Shown here: positions 18,588-28,063 of the stretch, piece after piece | How positions within the stretch are numbered: the stretch's first letter is position 1 | How the letters are laid out: the number at the start of each line of letters is the position of its first letter | Source of the DNA: an uncultured Nitrosomonas sp. | GTDB taxonomy: Bacteria > Pseudomonadota > Gammaproteobacteria > Burkholderiales > Nitrosomonadaceae | DNA: 64,000 nt | Reading direction: 5' to 3' | NCBI GenBank assembly: GCA_964651625.1 | Contig: CAZYWE010000012.1 | Span: 1,633 to 65,632 of the forward strand | Made by a program: the position numbers and the translations under genes | The notes under the pieces: model-generated | What the model was told of the DNA's origin: nothing | Seen by the model: the letters and a program-made list of their open reading frames with translations, nothing else | Database searches by the model: none

Positions 18588-20311
18588 GTTTTATCCTCTA
18601 TGGTGTCGGTGTCTCTGATGGTATTGCGATAGGGCACGCGCACCTGGCTTCATCAGCGACATTGAATGTCCCGCATTATCAGCTTCCCAAAAACCAGATT
18701 GAGGCTGAGCAGACGCGGTTGCGCAATGCATTTTCCATTGTGCGGCAGGAACTGGAAACACTGAAAATCGCGGATGGACAAGGATCTGGTCTGGCGGAAT
18801 TTCAGGCTTTTCTGGAACTGCACCAGATGATTCTGGATGATCCGATGCTCTCTCAGGCAGCGCTGGAAATGGTCGAACAGGCGCAATGCAATGCGGAATG
18901 GGCGATTACGCAGCAGATGGAAGTGCTGATTTCCCGTTTTGAAGAGATAGAGGATGCCTACCTGCGTGAGCGTAAAACCGACGTTGCCCAGGTGGTCGAA
19001 CGGGTGTTGAAGGTGCTGCTGGGACACCCCGGGTATACTCCGCCGCCGCTGAAGCATGATGGTTCCAGTATTCTGGTGGCGCGCGACCTGAGTCCGGCCG
19101 ATGTCATGCAGTACAAGCAGCATCAGTTTTCCGCGTTTCTGACAGACATGGGCGGACCAACGTCACATACCGCTATCGTTGCGCGCAGCCTCAACATTCC
19201 ATCGATTGTGGCGATGCAGCATGCCCAGCAGCTGATTTACGAAAACGATAATCTGATCGTGGATGGTAACCAGGGCATCGTTATCGTCAATCCGGACAAA
19301 TATATCCTCGCTGAATATCGCCTGAAGCAAAGCCAGCTTGAGCTGGAAAAACGCAAACTCTGGCGCATCCGTTCGGTGAAAGCGATTACGCTCGACGGTA
19401 CGGCAGTGGATTTGCTGGCCAATATCGAGTTGCCACAGGAAGTCGAGCAGGCGAGGGAATATGGAGCAGCGGGAATCGGTCTGTTCCGCAGTGAATTCCT
19501 GTTTCTCAACCGGGATGATCTGCCGGGTGAAGAAGAGCAGTTTGAAGCCTATTCCACGGTGATCAATGGTATGCACGGGCATCCGGTCGTGATCCGCACG
19601 TTTGATCTGGGTGCAGACAAAAATCTGCGCAGTGCTTACCGTACAACACTCAACCCGGCACTCGGGCTGCGTGCGATTCGCCTGAGCCTGGCTGAGCCCG
19701 GTATGTTCATGGTGCAGCTGCGCGCGATTTTGCGTGCCTCCGTGCTGGGAAAAACCCAAATCCTGATTCCAATGCTGTCCAGCAGCCGGGAGGTCGATCA
19801 GACACTGCAGATGATTGAGCTTGCCAGACAAAGCCTGCGTGATGAAAACAGGCCTTTCGATGAACATATCAAAATAGGCTGTATGGTGGAGATTCCGGCT
19901 ACCGCATTGAGCCTTGAATTGTTCATGCGCAAGCTGGATTTTTTGTCTATCGGCACCAATGATCTCATTCAGTACACGCTCGCCATTGATCGTACGGATG
20001 AGGCCGTTGCCCATCTGTTTGATCCGCTGCATCCGGCTATCCTTCGCCTGCTGGCGCAGATTATCCAGAGTGCCGGAAAAGCCGGTGTTCCGGTTTCTGT
20101 CTGCGGGGAAATGGCAGGAGATTCAAAATATACCCGTCTGCTGCTGGGGATGGGGTTGCGGCAGTTTTCCATGTACCCGACACAACTGCTTACCGTGAAG
20201 CGCGAGATTCTCAACAGCCACCTGCCAGATATTTCCCGTCTGACACAAAAGATACTTAAGGCAGACGAGCCGGAGAAAATCCAGGATCTGGTACAAAAGC
20301 TCAACAGCTGA
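18584..20311 (+). CDS. ptsI: PEP-protein phosphotransferase, Enzyme I
   Basis: GGPTSHTAIVAR, GIGLFRSEF, SIGTNDL.QY, CGEMAG. Confidence 0.96.
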   Translation: MSFILYGVGVSDGIAIGHAHLASSATLNVPHYQLPKNQIEAEQTRLRNAFSIVRQELETLKIADGQGSGLAEFQAFLELHQMILDDPMLSQAALEMVEQAQCNAEWAITQQMEVLISRFEEIEDAYLRERKTDVAQVVERVLKVLLGHPGYTPPPLKHDGSSILVARDLSPADVMQYKQHQFSAFLTDMGGPTSHTAIVARSLNIPSIVAMQHAQQLIYENDNLIVDGNQGIVIVNPDKYILAEYRLKQSQLELEKRKLWRIRSVKAITLDGTAVDLLANIELPQEVEQAREYGAAGIGLFRSEFLFLNRDDLPGEEEQFEAYSTVINGMHGHPVVIRTFDLGADKNLRSAYRTTLNPALGLRAIRLSLAEPGMFMVQLRAILRASVLGKTQILIPMLSSSREVDQTLQMIELARQSLRDENRPFDEHIKIGCMVEIPATALSLELFMRKLDFLSIGTNDLIQYTLAIDRTDEAVAHLFDPLHPAILRLLAQIIQSAGKAGVPVSVCGEMAGDSKYTRLLLGMGLRQFSMYPTQLLTVKREILNSHLPDISRLTQKILKADEPEKIQDLVQKLNS

Positions 20312-20386
20312 TTCACTTTTCCCGCTGTACAACAGGATTGGATACAATGGGCATTCACTTTTTACCTCGACATTTACTATTTCCAG

Positions 20387-21520
20387 ATGTCCACGCAAGA
20401 TTCTGATTCAATCGGCATCGTCTCGGCACGACGCGCCCATTTTGATGCTCCGCTCAGCCTGAGAAGCGGTGCTGTACTGGACAGCTACGAGCTTGTCTAT
20501 GAAACCTATGGTGAGCTGAATGCGGATCGATCCAATGCCGTGCTGATCTGTCATGCTTTGTCCGGTAATCACCATGTGGCCGGTGTATATGCGGACAACC
20601 CCAAAAATACCGGGTGGTGGAACAACATGATCGGCCCGGGCAAACCGGTGGATACCCGTAAATTCTTTGTCATCGGCATCAACAATCTGGGTGGCTGCCA
20701 CGGCTCTACCGGGCCTGTCAGTATCAATGACAGAACCGGGAAGCGTTATGGCCAGGATTTCCCGCTGGTAACAACAGGTGACTGGGCAAAAACCTATATC
20801 CGTTTTGCTGACCAGTTTGGGATCGACCGTTTTGCCGCCGTTATTGGTGGCAGTCTGGGCGGGATGTCTGCCATGCAACTGGCGCTGGATGACCCGGAAA
20901 GAGTTCGTCATGCGATCGTGGTGGCCGCTGCCGCCAGGCTGACTGCACAAAACATTGCTTTCAATGATGTCGCGCGGCAGGCGATTCTGACTGATCCGGA
21001 TTTTCATGGGGGCGATTATTATTCCCGCGGTACGCATCCACGCAGGGGATTGCGCCTGGCCCGTATGCTCGGCCATATCACATATCTGTCGGATGATTCC
21101 ATGGCCAGTAAGTTTGGCCGCGAACTGCGTAACGGCTCGCTTGCGTTCAACTACGATGTGGAATTCCAGATCGAATCCTATCTGCACCATCAGGGTGACA
21201 AATTTGCCGATCTGTTTGATGCCAACACCTATCTGCTGATGACAAGAGCACTTGATTACTTTGATCCGGCACAGGATTACGGCGGTAATCTGAGCGCAGC
21301 GTTCGCCCGGGCGCAGGCGGATTTCCTGGTGCTTTCCTTTACATCTGACTGGCGTTTTTCTCCAGAGCGCTCACGTGATATTGTCAAAGCACTGCTCGAT
21401 AACAAGCTGAACGTCAGTTATGCGGAAATCCCGTCTTCTTACGGACATGACTCCTTTCTCATGCAGGATGATTATTATCACCAGCTGGTGCGCGCCTACA
21501 TGGATAACATCCCTATCTAG
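20387..21520 (+). CDS. metX: Homoserine O-acyltransferase MetX
   Basis: CHALSG, GGSLGGM, GHDSFL; followed by metW. Confidence 0.95.
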   Translation: MSTQDSDSIGIVSARRAHFDAPLSLRSGAVLDSYELVYETYGELNADRSNAVLICHALSGNHHVAGVYADNPKNTGWWNNMIGPGKPVDTRKFFVIGINNLGGCHGSTGPVSINDRTGKRYGQDFPLVTTGDWAKTYIRFADQFGIDRFAAVIGGSLGGMSAMQLALDDPERVRHAIVVAAAARLTAQNIAFNDVARQAILTDPDFHGGDYYSRGTHPRRGLRLARMLGHITYLSDDSMASKFGRELRNGSLAFNYDVEFQIESYLHHQGDKFADLFDANTYLLMTRALDYFDPAQDYGGNLSAAFARAQADFLVLSFTSDWRFSPERSRDIVKALLDNKLNVSYAEIPSSYGHDSFLMQDDYYHQLVRAYMDNIPI

Positions 21521-21550
21521 CAAAGTCGGTTAACGGTTATTTATTTGGAC

Positions 21551-22171
21551 ATGACAACAACTGAAATCAGCAGATCAGCACTGACACTGCGCCCGGATTT
21601 TGCCACCATTGCGGCCTGGATCAAACCAGGCTCCAGCGTGCTCGACCTGGGCTGCGGTGATGGAACATTGTTACGCTACCTCGGGGACAAACTCGATATA
21701 CACGGCTATGGCGTGGAAATTGATGCCGATAACATACTGGCCTGCATGAAAAATGGTATCAATGTGATCCAGAATGACCTCGAATCCGGTCTGTCCGGGT
21801 TTGAGAATGAATCATTTGATTATGTGATCCTGTCGCAAACATTGCAGGCAATGAGAAACACCGAATACATCATTCGGGAGATATTGCGCGTTGGCAAGGA
21901 AGGCATTGTCTCCTTTCCCAATTTCGGTTACTGGAAAAACCGTGTACAGGTTGCCTGTGGTGGTCACATGCCTGTCTCGCCAACGTTACCTTATCAATGG
22001 TATGACACGCCGAACGTGCATCTTTGTACCCTGCACGATTTCGAGCAGTTATGTCAGCAGCATCAGGTCAATATTCTGGAAAGGCGGGTGATGAACAACG
22101 ATGGGAAGGTGTCTTTTTTCCCCAACCTGTTCGGTGTCCTCGCATTTTATCGTTTCAGCCAGTCAGCTTAA
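21551..22171 (+). CDS. metW: Methionine biosynthesis protein MetW
   Basis: VLDLGCGDG, LSQTLQA, SFPNFGYW, WYDTPN. Confidence 0.95.
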   Translation: MTTTEISRSALTLRPDFATIAAWIKPGSSVLDLGCGDGTLLRYLGDKLDIHGYGVEIDADNILACMKNGINVIQNDLESGLSGFENESFDYVILSQTLQAMRNTEYIIREILRVGKEGIVSFPNFGYWKNRVQVACGGHMPVSPTLPYQWYDTPNVHLCTLHDFEQLCQQHQVNILERRVMNNDGKVSFFPNLFGVLAFYRFSQSA

Positions 22172-22252
22172 TCTCCGGAAAGCTGTTTTCGCGGCCGGCC
22201 ACACAGAACACGCAGCCCATCTTTCGCTGCTTCGGGACGAATCGGCTGCTGT

Positions 22253-23611
22253 TTATTCATCTTTTCGCAAGTTATTTTCTTCTGGTTTTGCAAGCGCAAT
22301 TCGCCCTGCCTTCCACACCAGAATCAATACCGGTACGCCTAGTAATGCGGTGCCGGTAAAGAATGTGGCATAGCCGTAAGCATCAACAAATTCGCCGCTG
22401 AAGCCGGCAACAAATTTTGGCAGCAGCAGCATGATGGAGCTGAGCAGCGCGTATTGCGTGGCGGAATAGGCCGCGTGTGTTAGTCCGGAGAGGTAGGCAA
22501 CGAAGGCGGAGGAGGCAATGCCCGCTGCCAGATTATCGGCTGAAATGGTGAAGACCAACCCGCCGACATCATGCCCTCTGCCCGCCAGCCATACAAACAG
22601 CAGATTGGTCGCGGCCGATAATACTGCTCCCAGAAACAAGGTACGGATGACGCCGATGCGGGCAACCAGTACACCGCCCATGGCTGCACCCAGTATAGTC
22701 ATGAGCACACCGTACACTTTGGAAATGGTAGCCACTTCATCCTTGGTATAACCCATGTCCACATAAAACGGGTTACTCATGATGCCCATGACGACATCCG
22801 AGATCCGGTAAAGCGCAATCAACGCCAGAATCAGCACTGCGTGATAGCCGTAACGCAGGATGAAATCGCGAAATGGCGCAATTGCCGCACTGTCCAGCCA
22901 GGCAAATAACCGGGCGGATACGGATGCTTCTTGTGACCCCTTGCTGATCGCCAGTTGTGCAACAGGTACTTCCGGTTCACGAATAATCAAGGTGGTAACC
23001 ATTCCGATCAGCATACAGCCCGCCATGATGGTATAAGCCACCTGCCAGGAGGTTGCGCTGTATTCGTCCGGGGATGTATCCAGTGCGGCGGCAATCCAGA
23101 GCACACCGGCGGAGGCCAGAATCATGGCCAGCCGGTAACCTGCCTGATAAGTAGCGGCCATTGCACCCTGCAGCCGCAAGGCAACCGCTTCGATCCGGTA
23201 AGCATCCAGTGCAATATCCTGCGTGGCGGAAGTGAACGCCACGATCAGCGCAAAAATGACCATACGTGACAGATCCCCGGCTGGATCGGTATTGGCCATG
23301 CCGATCAATGCCACACTGATAGCCAGCTGTGACAGCAATAACCAGGCACGGCGACGCCCCAGCCAGTGAGTGAGCAATGGCAACGGCATGCGGTCCACCA
23401 GCGGGGCCCACGCCCATTTAAAACCATAGGCAAGCCCCACCCAGCTCAGGTGGCCGATAGTTGCCCGATCAATGCCTGCTTCACGCAGCCAGAATGATAA
23501 AGTCCCCAGTACCAGCAGCATGGGCAGCCCTGCGGAAAATCCGAGCAGCAGCATGCCCAGTACTCGCGGGTGGGTATAGATACGCAGCACATGCAGCCAG
23601 CCAACTCTCAT
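22253..23611 (-). CDS. ampG: AmpG-family muropeptide MFS permease
   Basis: LGFSAGLP, KWAWAP.VD, SATQDIALDAYRIE, ATQYALLSS. Confidence 0.92.
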   Translation of the reverse strand: MRVGWLHVLRIYTHPRVLGMLLLGFSAGLPMLLVLGTLSFWLREAGIDRATIGHLSWVGLAYGFKWAWAPLVDRMPLPLLTHWLGRRRAWLLLSQLAISVALIGMANTDPAGDLSRMVIFALIVAFTSATQDIALDAYRIEAVALRLQGAMAATYQAGYRLAMILASAGVLWIAAALDTSPDEYSATSWQVAYTIMAGCMLIGMVTTLIIREPEVPVAQLAISKGSQEASVSARLFAWLDSAAIAPFRDFILRYGYHAVLILALIALYRISDVVMGIMSNPFYVDMGYTKDEVATISKVYGVLMTILGAAMGGVLVARIGVIRTLFLGAVLSAATNLLFVWLAGRGHDVGGLVFTISADNLAAGIASSAFVAYLSGLTHAAYSATQYALLSSIMLLLPKFVAGFSGEFVDAYGYATFFTGTALLGVPVLILVWKAGRIALAKPEENNLRKDE

Positions 23612-24019
23612 CTTTTGTCTCGTCCCTGATAGTTACATGAATAAAAAACGTTATTTTTTGCATAGGATGCGCATATTTTGCCTGCCACTCAGCGGGAAAT
23701 TGCTGGCGATAGCGACTGATTCTGAACGGTTGTCTCAATCAGCCCGCAAGAATAAGGCTTCTGTACAGATTATGTGCGGATGATTCTCGCCTTCATTTAT
23801 TACGCAACAATCCCGATAATCAGATGAAATGTGACATCGTCTGAATGTCAGATAGTCCCGGTGCTAAAGCAGGTGCGTATTTCAGGCTTATTTCCTGAAT
23901 TGGCTTGCTTCAGGTTGTGCTATAACTAGCCGGTTGCATGATATTTGGATAAAAATTGTGATTCCAGGTCATGCTCAAGACAGCAGCTTGCAAATACAGA
24001 TATTTAATTACCAAAAGAG

Positions 24020-26818
24020 GTGGGTATGAGCGGTTCAGGTAAAAAGATCACCCGAGTGAAGCCGGCGGCGGTTCTGGCGCCTATAGTGGCTGCTATTCTG
24101 GCGCTTTCGGCTTGTGGCAAGTCTATGGATGCGCAGGCGTTGGTAGCCGAAGCCAGGCAATATCAGCAACAGGGCAATGATAAAGCAGCCATTATTCAGC
24201 TGAAGAATGCATTGCAGCAGAGCCCTAATGATCCCGAGATCCGTTACCTGCTTGGTACGCTCTATGATAAGGAAGGAGACATCCTGTCAGCTGAAAAGGA
24301 GCTGAATAAAGCGCTTGATCTTGGGATGGATCCAGTCAAGGTGCTGCCTGGCCTGAGTCGTGCCTGGCTTGGAACGGGACAGTTCCAGAAAGTGCTGGAT
24401 GAAACCGGAAAGTTGTCTGACAAGGGTAATTTTGCCGAGTTGCTTGTTCTGCGCGGCAATGCTTCACTGGCCCTGGGCAAAATTGAGGAGGCCAAAGCAT
24501 TGTTTGAGCAGGCGCTGCAGGATAAACCGGGTTTTGCAGATGCACTGATGGGGCTGGCCAGGTGTTCGCTGGCGCGGAATGATATTGAATCGGCAATGAA
24601 TTTTTCTGAAGAGGCGGTGAAACTTAATCCGGAGAATGGCCAGACAGTATTGTTCAGGGGGGATCTGCTGCGGGCACAGAACAAGATTGATGAGGCGCTG
24701 GCAGATTATGACAAAGCAATCAAACTGAATCCTGAGCTGGAAGCTGCCTATATCAACCGGGCAACCATATCAATCAGTACCAGGAAGTTTGAAGCGGCCC
24801 AGGCAGATCTGGATGCAGTCCGTAAATTTGCTCCAGGCAGTCTGTCTGCGGCCTATACCCAGGCGTTACTTGATTTTACCCAGGGTAAACATGCGGTGGC
24901 ACTTGAAGCTTTGCAAAAGATACTCAGTGCTGCGCCAGGCCATTTGCCCAGTGTACTGCTTGCTGGCGCAACCCAGTTTGCGCTGGGATCGCTGCCACAG
25001 GCCGAGCAGTATGTTGATCAATACCTGAAGGCAATCCCTAACAATCTTTATGCCATCAAGCTGATGGCTTCAATTCAGTTAAAGAGCAACCAGCCCAAAG
25101 AGGTGATCACAACACTGGCACCGGCATTGAAGGCAGTTCAGCAGGATCCGCAATTGTTTGCACTTGCGGGAGAGGCTTATATGCAGATAAAAGATTTTAC
25201 GAAAGCGTCAGAGTATTTTGAAAAAGCCGGCGCGCTCTCGCCGGACAATGCCGGTTTATATACTGCATTGGCTTTGAGCAAGATGGGGCAGGGGGATAGT
25301 AAAAGTGCGATTGCTGATCTTGAACAGGCTACCCAGCTGCATGATCAGACTGGCCGGGCAGGTGTCATGCTGGTGCTGGCCCATCTGCAGTTGCGTGAAT
25401 TTGATAAGGCGCTGAAAGCGGTTGATGCACAACTGGCTGAACAGCCGGATAATCCGTTGCTGTATAACCTGCAAGGTGGTGTTTATCTGGGTAAAAAAGA
25501 TCTGGCTAAAGCGCGTGCCAGTTTTAACAAGGCACTTTCCATCCAGCCGGATTATTTCCCGGCTATTTCCAATCTGGCCAGAATTGATTTGCAGGAAAAA
25601 CATCCCGAGGCCGCTCAACAGCGCTTTGAAGAAGTTTTGAAGAAGGATAAAAAAAATATTCAGGCAATGAGTGCGCTGGCAGGAATTGCTGCTTCACAGG
25701 GAAACAAGGAGAAGGCAACAGAATGGCTGGAAAAAGCCAGCCTGGAAAATCCGGATGAGATACAGCCTGCCCTGCAGCTGGGAGCGCATTATCTGGCAAT
25801 GAATGAACCTGCAAAAGCGCTTGCACTCGCCAAAAAACTGCAAGGCACATATTCCGATAATTTGAGTGTCACAGAATTGCTGGCACGTGCGTATCTGGCG
25901 AGTGGTGACAAGGAAGCTGCACTGGAGAATTTTGAAAAACTGGCTGCCAGACTGCCTGATTCAGCGCCGGCTCAACTACAACTGGCGCAGCTTCATGTTG
26001 CCATGCAGGACACCAGAGCAGCTGCTGAATCACTGAAAAAAGCGTTGAAGATCAAGCCGGATCTTTGGGAAGCCAAGCTGATGCAGGCTCAGCTGGCAGC
26101 CGGGGCGGGCCGTGTAGAGGATGCGCTCAATATTGCCCGGGAGATACAAAAACAGCATGAGAAGCTGCCAGTAGGGTTTGAGCTGGAAGGTGATCTGCTG
26201 ATGGGGCAAAAGAATGCTGCTGCCGCTGCTGCAGCTTATGAAAAAGCGCTGGATAAACAGAAAAGCAGTCAGCTGCAGATCAAGCTGCATACTGCCCTGA
26301 GTCAGAGTGGAAAAGAGAAGCAGGCTGATCAGAGAATCAATCAGTGGTTGAAAGAAAACCCGACTGACGCGATTACCCGTGCTTACCTTGCCGGTGTTTA
26401 TCTGGCTAACAAGAAGTACGATCCCGCTATCAGGGAATACAAGACTATCCTGAAACAGCATCCTGATCATGCCGCAACGCTGAACAATCTGGCCTGGATT
26501 TATCAGGAGAAGAAAGATCCCGCCACTGCACTTGACTATGCCGAGAAAGCCTATAAACAGGCACCTGACAGCCCGGCCATTCTTGATACCTATGGCTGGA
26601 TTCTGATTGAGAAGGGTGATGTCGAGCGGGGAACTTCACTGTTGCAAAAGGCAGTAGCAGCTGTTCCGGAAGCCACGGAAATCCGCTACCACTACGCTGT
26701 TGGCCTTTCCAGATCCGGTAAAAAAGCTGAAGCGCGCCAGGAACTGGAAAAATTACTGGGTAGTGACAAGCCTTTCTCCAGGAGAGATGAAGCAGGAAAA
26801 CTGCTGGAAAGCTTGTAA
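24020..26818 (+). CDS. prsT: PEP-CTERM system TPR-repeat lipoprotein PrsT
   Basis: Lipobox LALSAC, AAIIQLKNALQ, ~930 aa of TPRs, LNNLAW...ILDTYGWIL. Confidence 0.85.
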   Translation: MGMSGSGKKITRVKPAAVLAPIVAAILALSACGKSMDAQALVAEARQYQQQGNDKAAIIQLKNALQQSPNDPEIRYLLGTLYDKEGDILSAEKELNKALDLGMDPVKVLPGLSRAWLGTGQFQKVLDETGKLSDKGNFAELLVLRGNASLALGKIEEAKALFEQALQDKPGFADALMGLARCSLARNDIESAMNFSEEAVKLNPENGQTVLFRGDLLRAQNKIDEALADYDKAIKLNPELEAAYINRATISISTRKFEAAQADLDAVRKFAPGSLSAAYTQALLDFTQGKHAVALEALQKILSAAPGHLPSVLLAGATQFALGSLPQAEQYVDQYLKAIPNNLYAIKLMASIQLKSNQPKEVITTLAPALKAVQQDPQLFALAGEAYMQIKDFTKASEYFEKAGALSPDNAGLYTALALSKMGQGDSKSAIADLEQATQLHDQTGRAGVMLVLAHLQLREFDKALKAVDAQLAEQPDNPLLYNLQGGVYLGKKDLAKARASFNKALSIQPDYFPAISNLARIDLQEKHPEAAQQRFEEVLKKDKKNIQAMSALAGIAASQGNKEKATEWLEKASLENPDEIQPALQLGAHYLAMNEPAKALALAKKLQGTYSDNLSVTELLARAYLASGDKEAALENFEKLAARLPDSAPAQLQLAQLHVAMQDTRAAAESLKKALKIKPDLWEAKLMQAQLAAGAGRVEDALNIAREIQKQHEKLPVGFELEGDLLMGQKNAAAAAAAYEKALDKQKSSQLQIKLHTALSQSGKEKQADQRINQWLKENPTDAITRAYLAGVYLANKKYDPAIREYKTILKQHPDHAATLNNLAWIYQEKKDPATALDYAEKAYKQAPDSPAILDTYGWILIEKGDVERGTSLLQKAVAAVPEATEIRYHYAVGLSRSGKKAEARQELEKLLGSDKPFSRRDEAGKLLESL

Positions 26819-26876
26819 ACAGCATGAGTGCATTATTGCCAGACTGACTTTATAGCGGGCCTGGACAGACGCCTGG

Positions 26877-26926
26877 AAAACCCCCAACCTCTTGTGGGCA
26901 GATCTCACAAGGCGCTGGGGGTTTTT
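26877..26926 (+). terminator. Intrinsic terminator after prsT
   Basis: AAAACCCCCA...CTTGTG/CACAAG...TGGGGGTTTTT hairpin. Confidence 0.65.
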
Positions 26927-26930
26927 CTAT

Positions 26931-27117
26931 GGAACCTCTGCACAATTTCGTCATTACGAGGAGTATAGCGACGCGGCAATCCATAAGATGTTGATTTCAT
27001 TGATACAGTGGATTGCTTCCTGCTTCCTGCTTCCTGCTTCCTGCTTCCTGCTTCCTGCTTCCTGCTTCATTGCTTCGCAGTCGCAATGGCAAAATTTGAG
27101 GTTAATCAGAGGTTTCC
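26931..27117. mobile_element. MITE-like element copy 2 with internal VNTR
   Basis: Same termini GGAACCTCTG / CAGAGGTTTCC and same internal sequence as 3700-3845. Confidence 0.7.
27014..27068 (+). repeat. Tandem heptamer (TGCTTCC)7 plus TGCTTC
   Basis: Seven perfect units at 27014-27062 counted directly. Confidence 0.95.
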
Positions 27118-27170
27118 TCTGTGTGAGATAATCTGCTTCTGATTATTATTTGTAACAGCACGATCCGGTC

Positions 27171-28058
27171 ATGCATAACACCATTGAACATTTCATCGGC
27201 CATACTCCTCTGGTCCAGCTCAAACACATTCCGGGCAAAAGCAGCAATACCATTCTGGCGAAGCTGGAGGGCAACAACCCGGCCGGTTCAGTCAAGGACC
27301 GGCCTGCTTACTCCATGATCATGCGTGCGCAGCAGCGTGGTGATATTCAACCGGGGGATACGCTGATTGAAGCGACCAGTGGCAATACCGGCATTGCACT
27401 GGCCATGGCTGCAGCAGTTCTGGGCTATCGCATGATTCTGGTGATGCCGGAAAACCAGAGTCTGGAGCGTCGTCAGGTGATGTCTGCCTATGGCGCCGAG
27501 CTTGTCCTGACGCCGAAAGAAGGAAGTATGGAGCTGGCAAGGGACACGGCCGAACAATTGTGCAAGGCGGGCAAGGGGATTATTCTCGACCAGTTTTCCA
27601 ATCCGGATAATCCGCTGGCGCATTATGAAACTACGGCACCCGAGATCTGGCAGGATACTGCGGGCAAGATTACGCATTTTGTCAGCAGTATGGGAACAAC
27701 CGGTACGATTATGGGATGTGCCCGTTATTTTCGTGAACAGAAGCAAAAAGTGGAAATTGTCGGTGTGCAGCCGCAGGAAGGCGCACAAATACCTGGAATC
27801 CGCAAATGGCCGGAAGCCTATCTGCCCAGGATCTATCAGCCTGAACTGGTTGATCGCATCCTGCTGGTATCTCAGCAGGATGCTGAAGATATGGCCCGCC
27901 GCCTGGCATGTGAAGAAGGCTTGTTCACCGGCATTTCTTCAGGCGGTGCTCTGGCTGCTGCCCTGCAGGTTTCTGCACAAGTGGAAAATGCAGTAATTGT
28001 GTTTATTGTGTGTGATCGCGGGGATCGTTATTTATCAACCGGAGTTTTCCCTTCCTGA
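27171..28058 (+). CDS. cysM: Cysteine synthase B
   Basis: NPAGSVKDR, EATSGNTG, SSMGTTGT, IPGIRKW, CDRGDRYLS. Confidence 0.95.
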   Translation: MHNTIEHFIGHTPLVQLKHIPGKSSNTILAKLEGNNPAGSVKDRPAYSMIMRAQQRGDIQPGDTLIEATSGNTGIALAMAAAVLGYRMILVMPENQSLERRQVMSAYGAELVLTPKEGSMELARDTAEQLCKAGKGIILDQFSNPDNPLAHYETTAPEIWQDTAGKITHFVSSMGTTGTIMGCARYFREQKQKVEIVGVQPQEGAQIPGIRKWPEAYLPRIYQPELVDRILLVSQQDAEDMARRLACEEGLFTGISSGGALAAALQVSAQVENAVIVFIVCDRGDRYLSTGVFPS

Positions 28059-28063
28059 AAGAG

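Noticed and set aside
20312-20386. SAM riboswitch upstream of metX
   Set aside because: The spacer is only 75 bp, with no recognisable SAM-I/II core motifs
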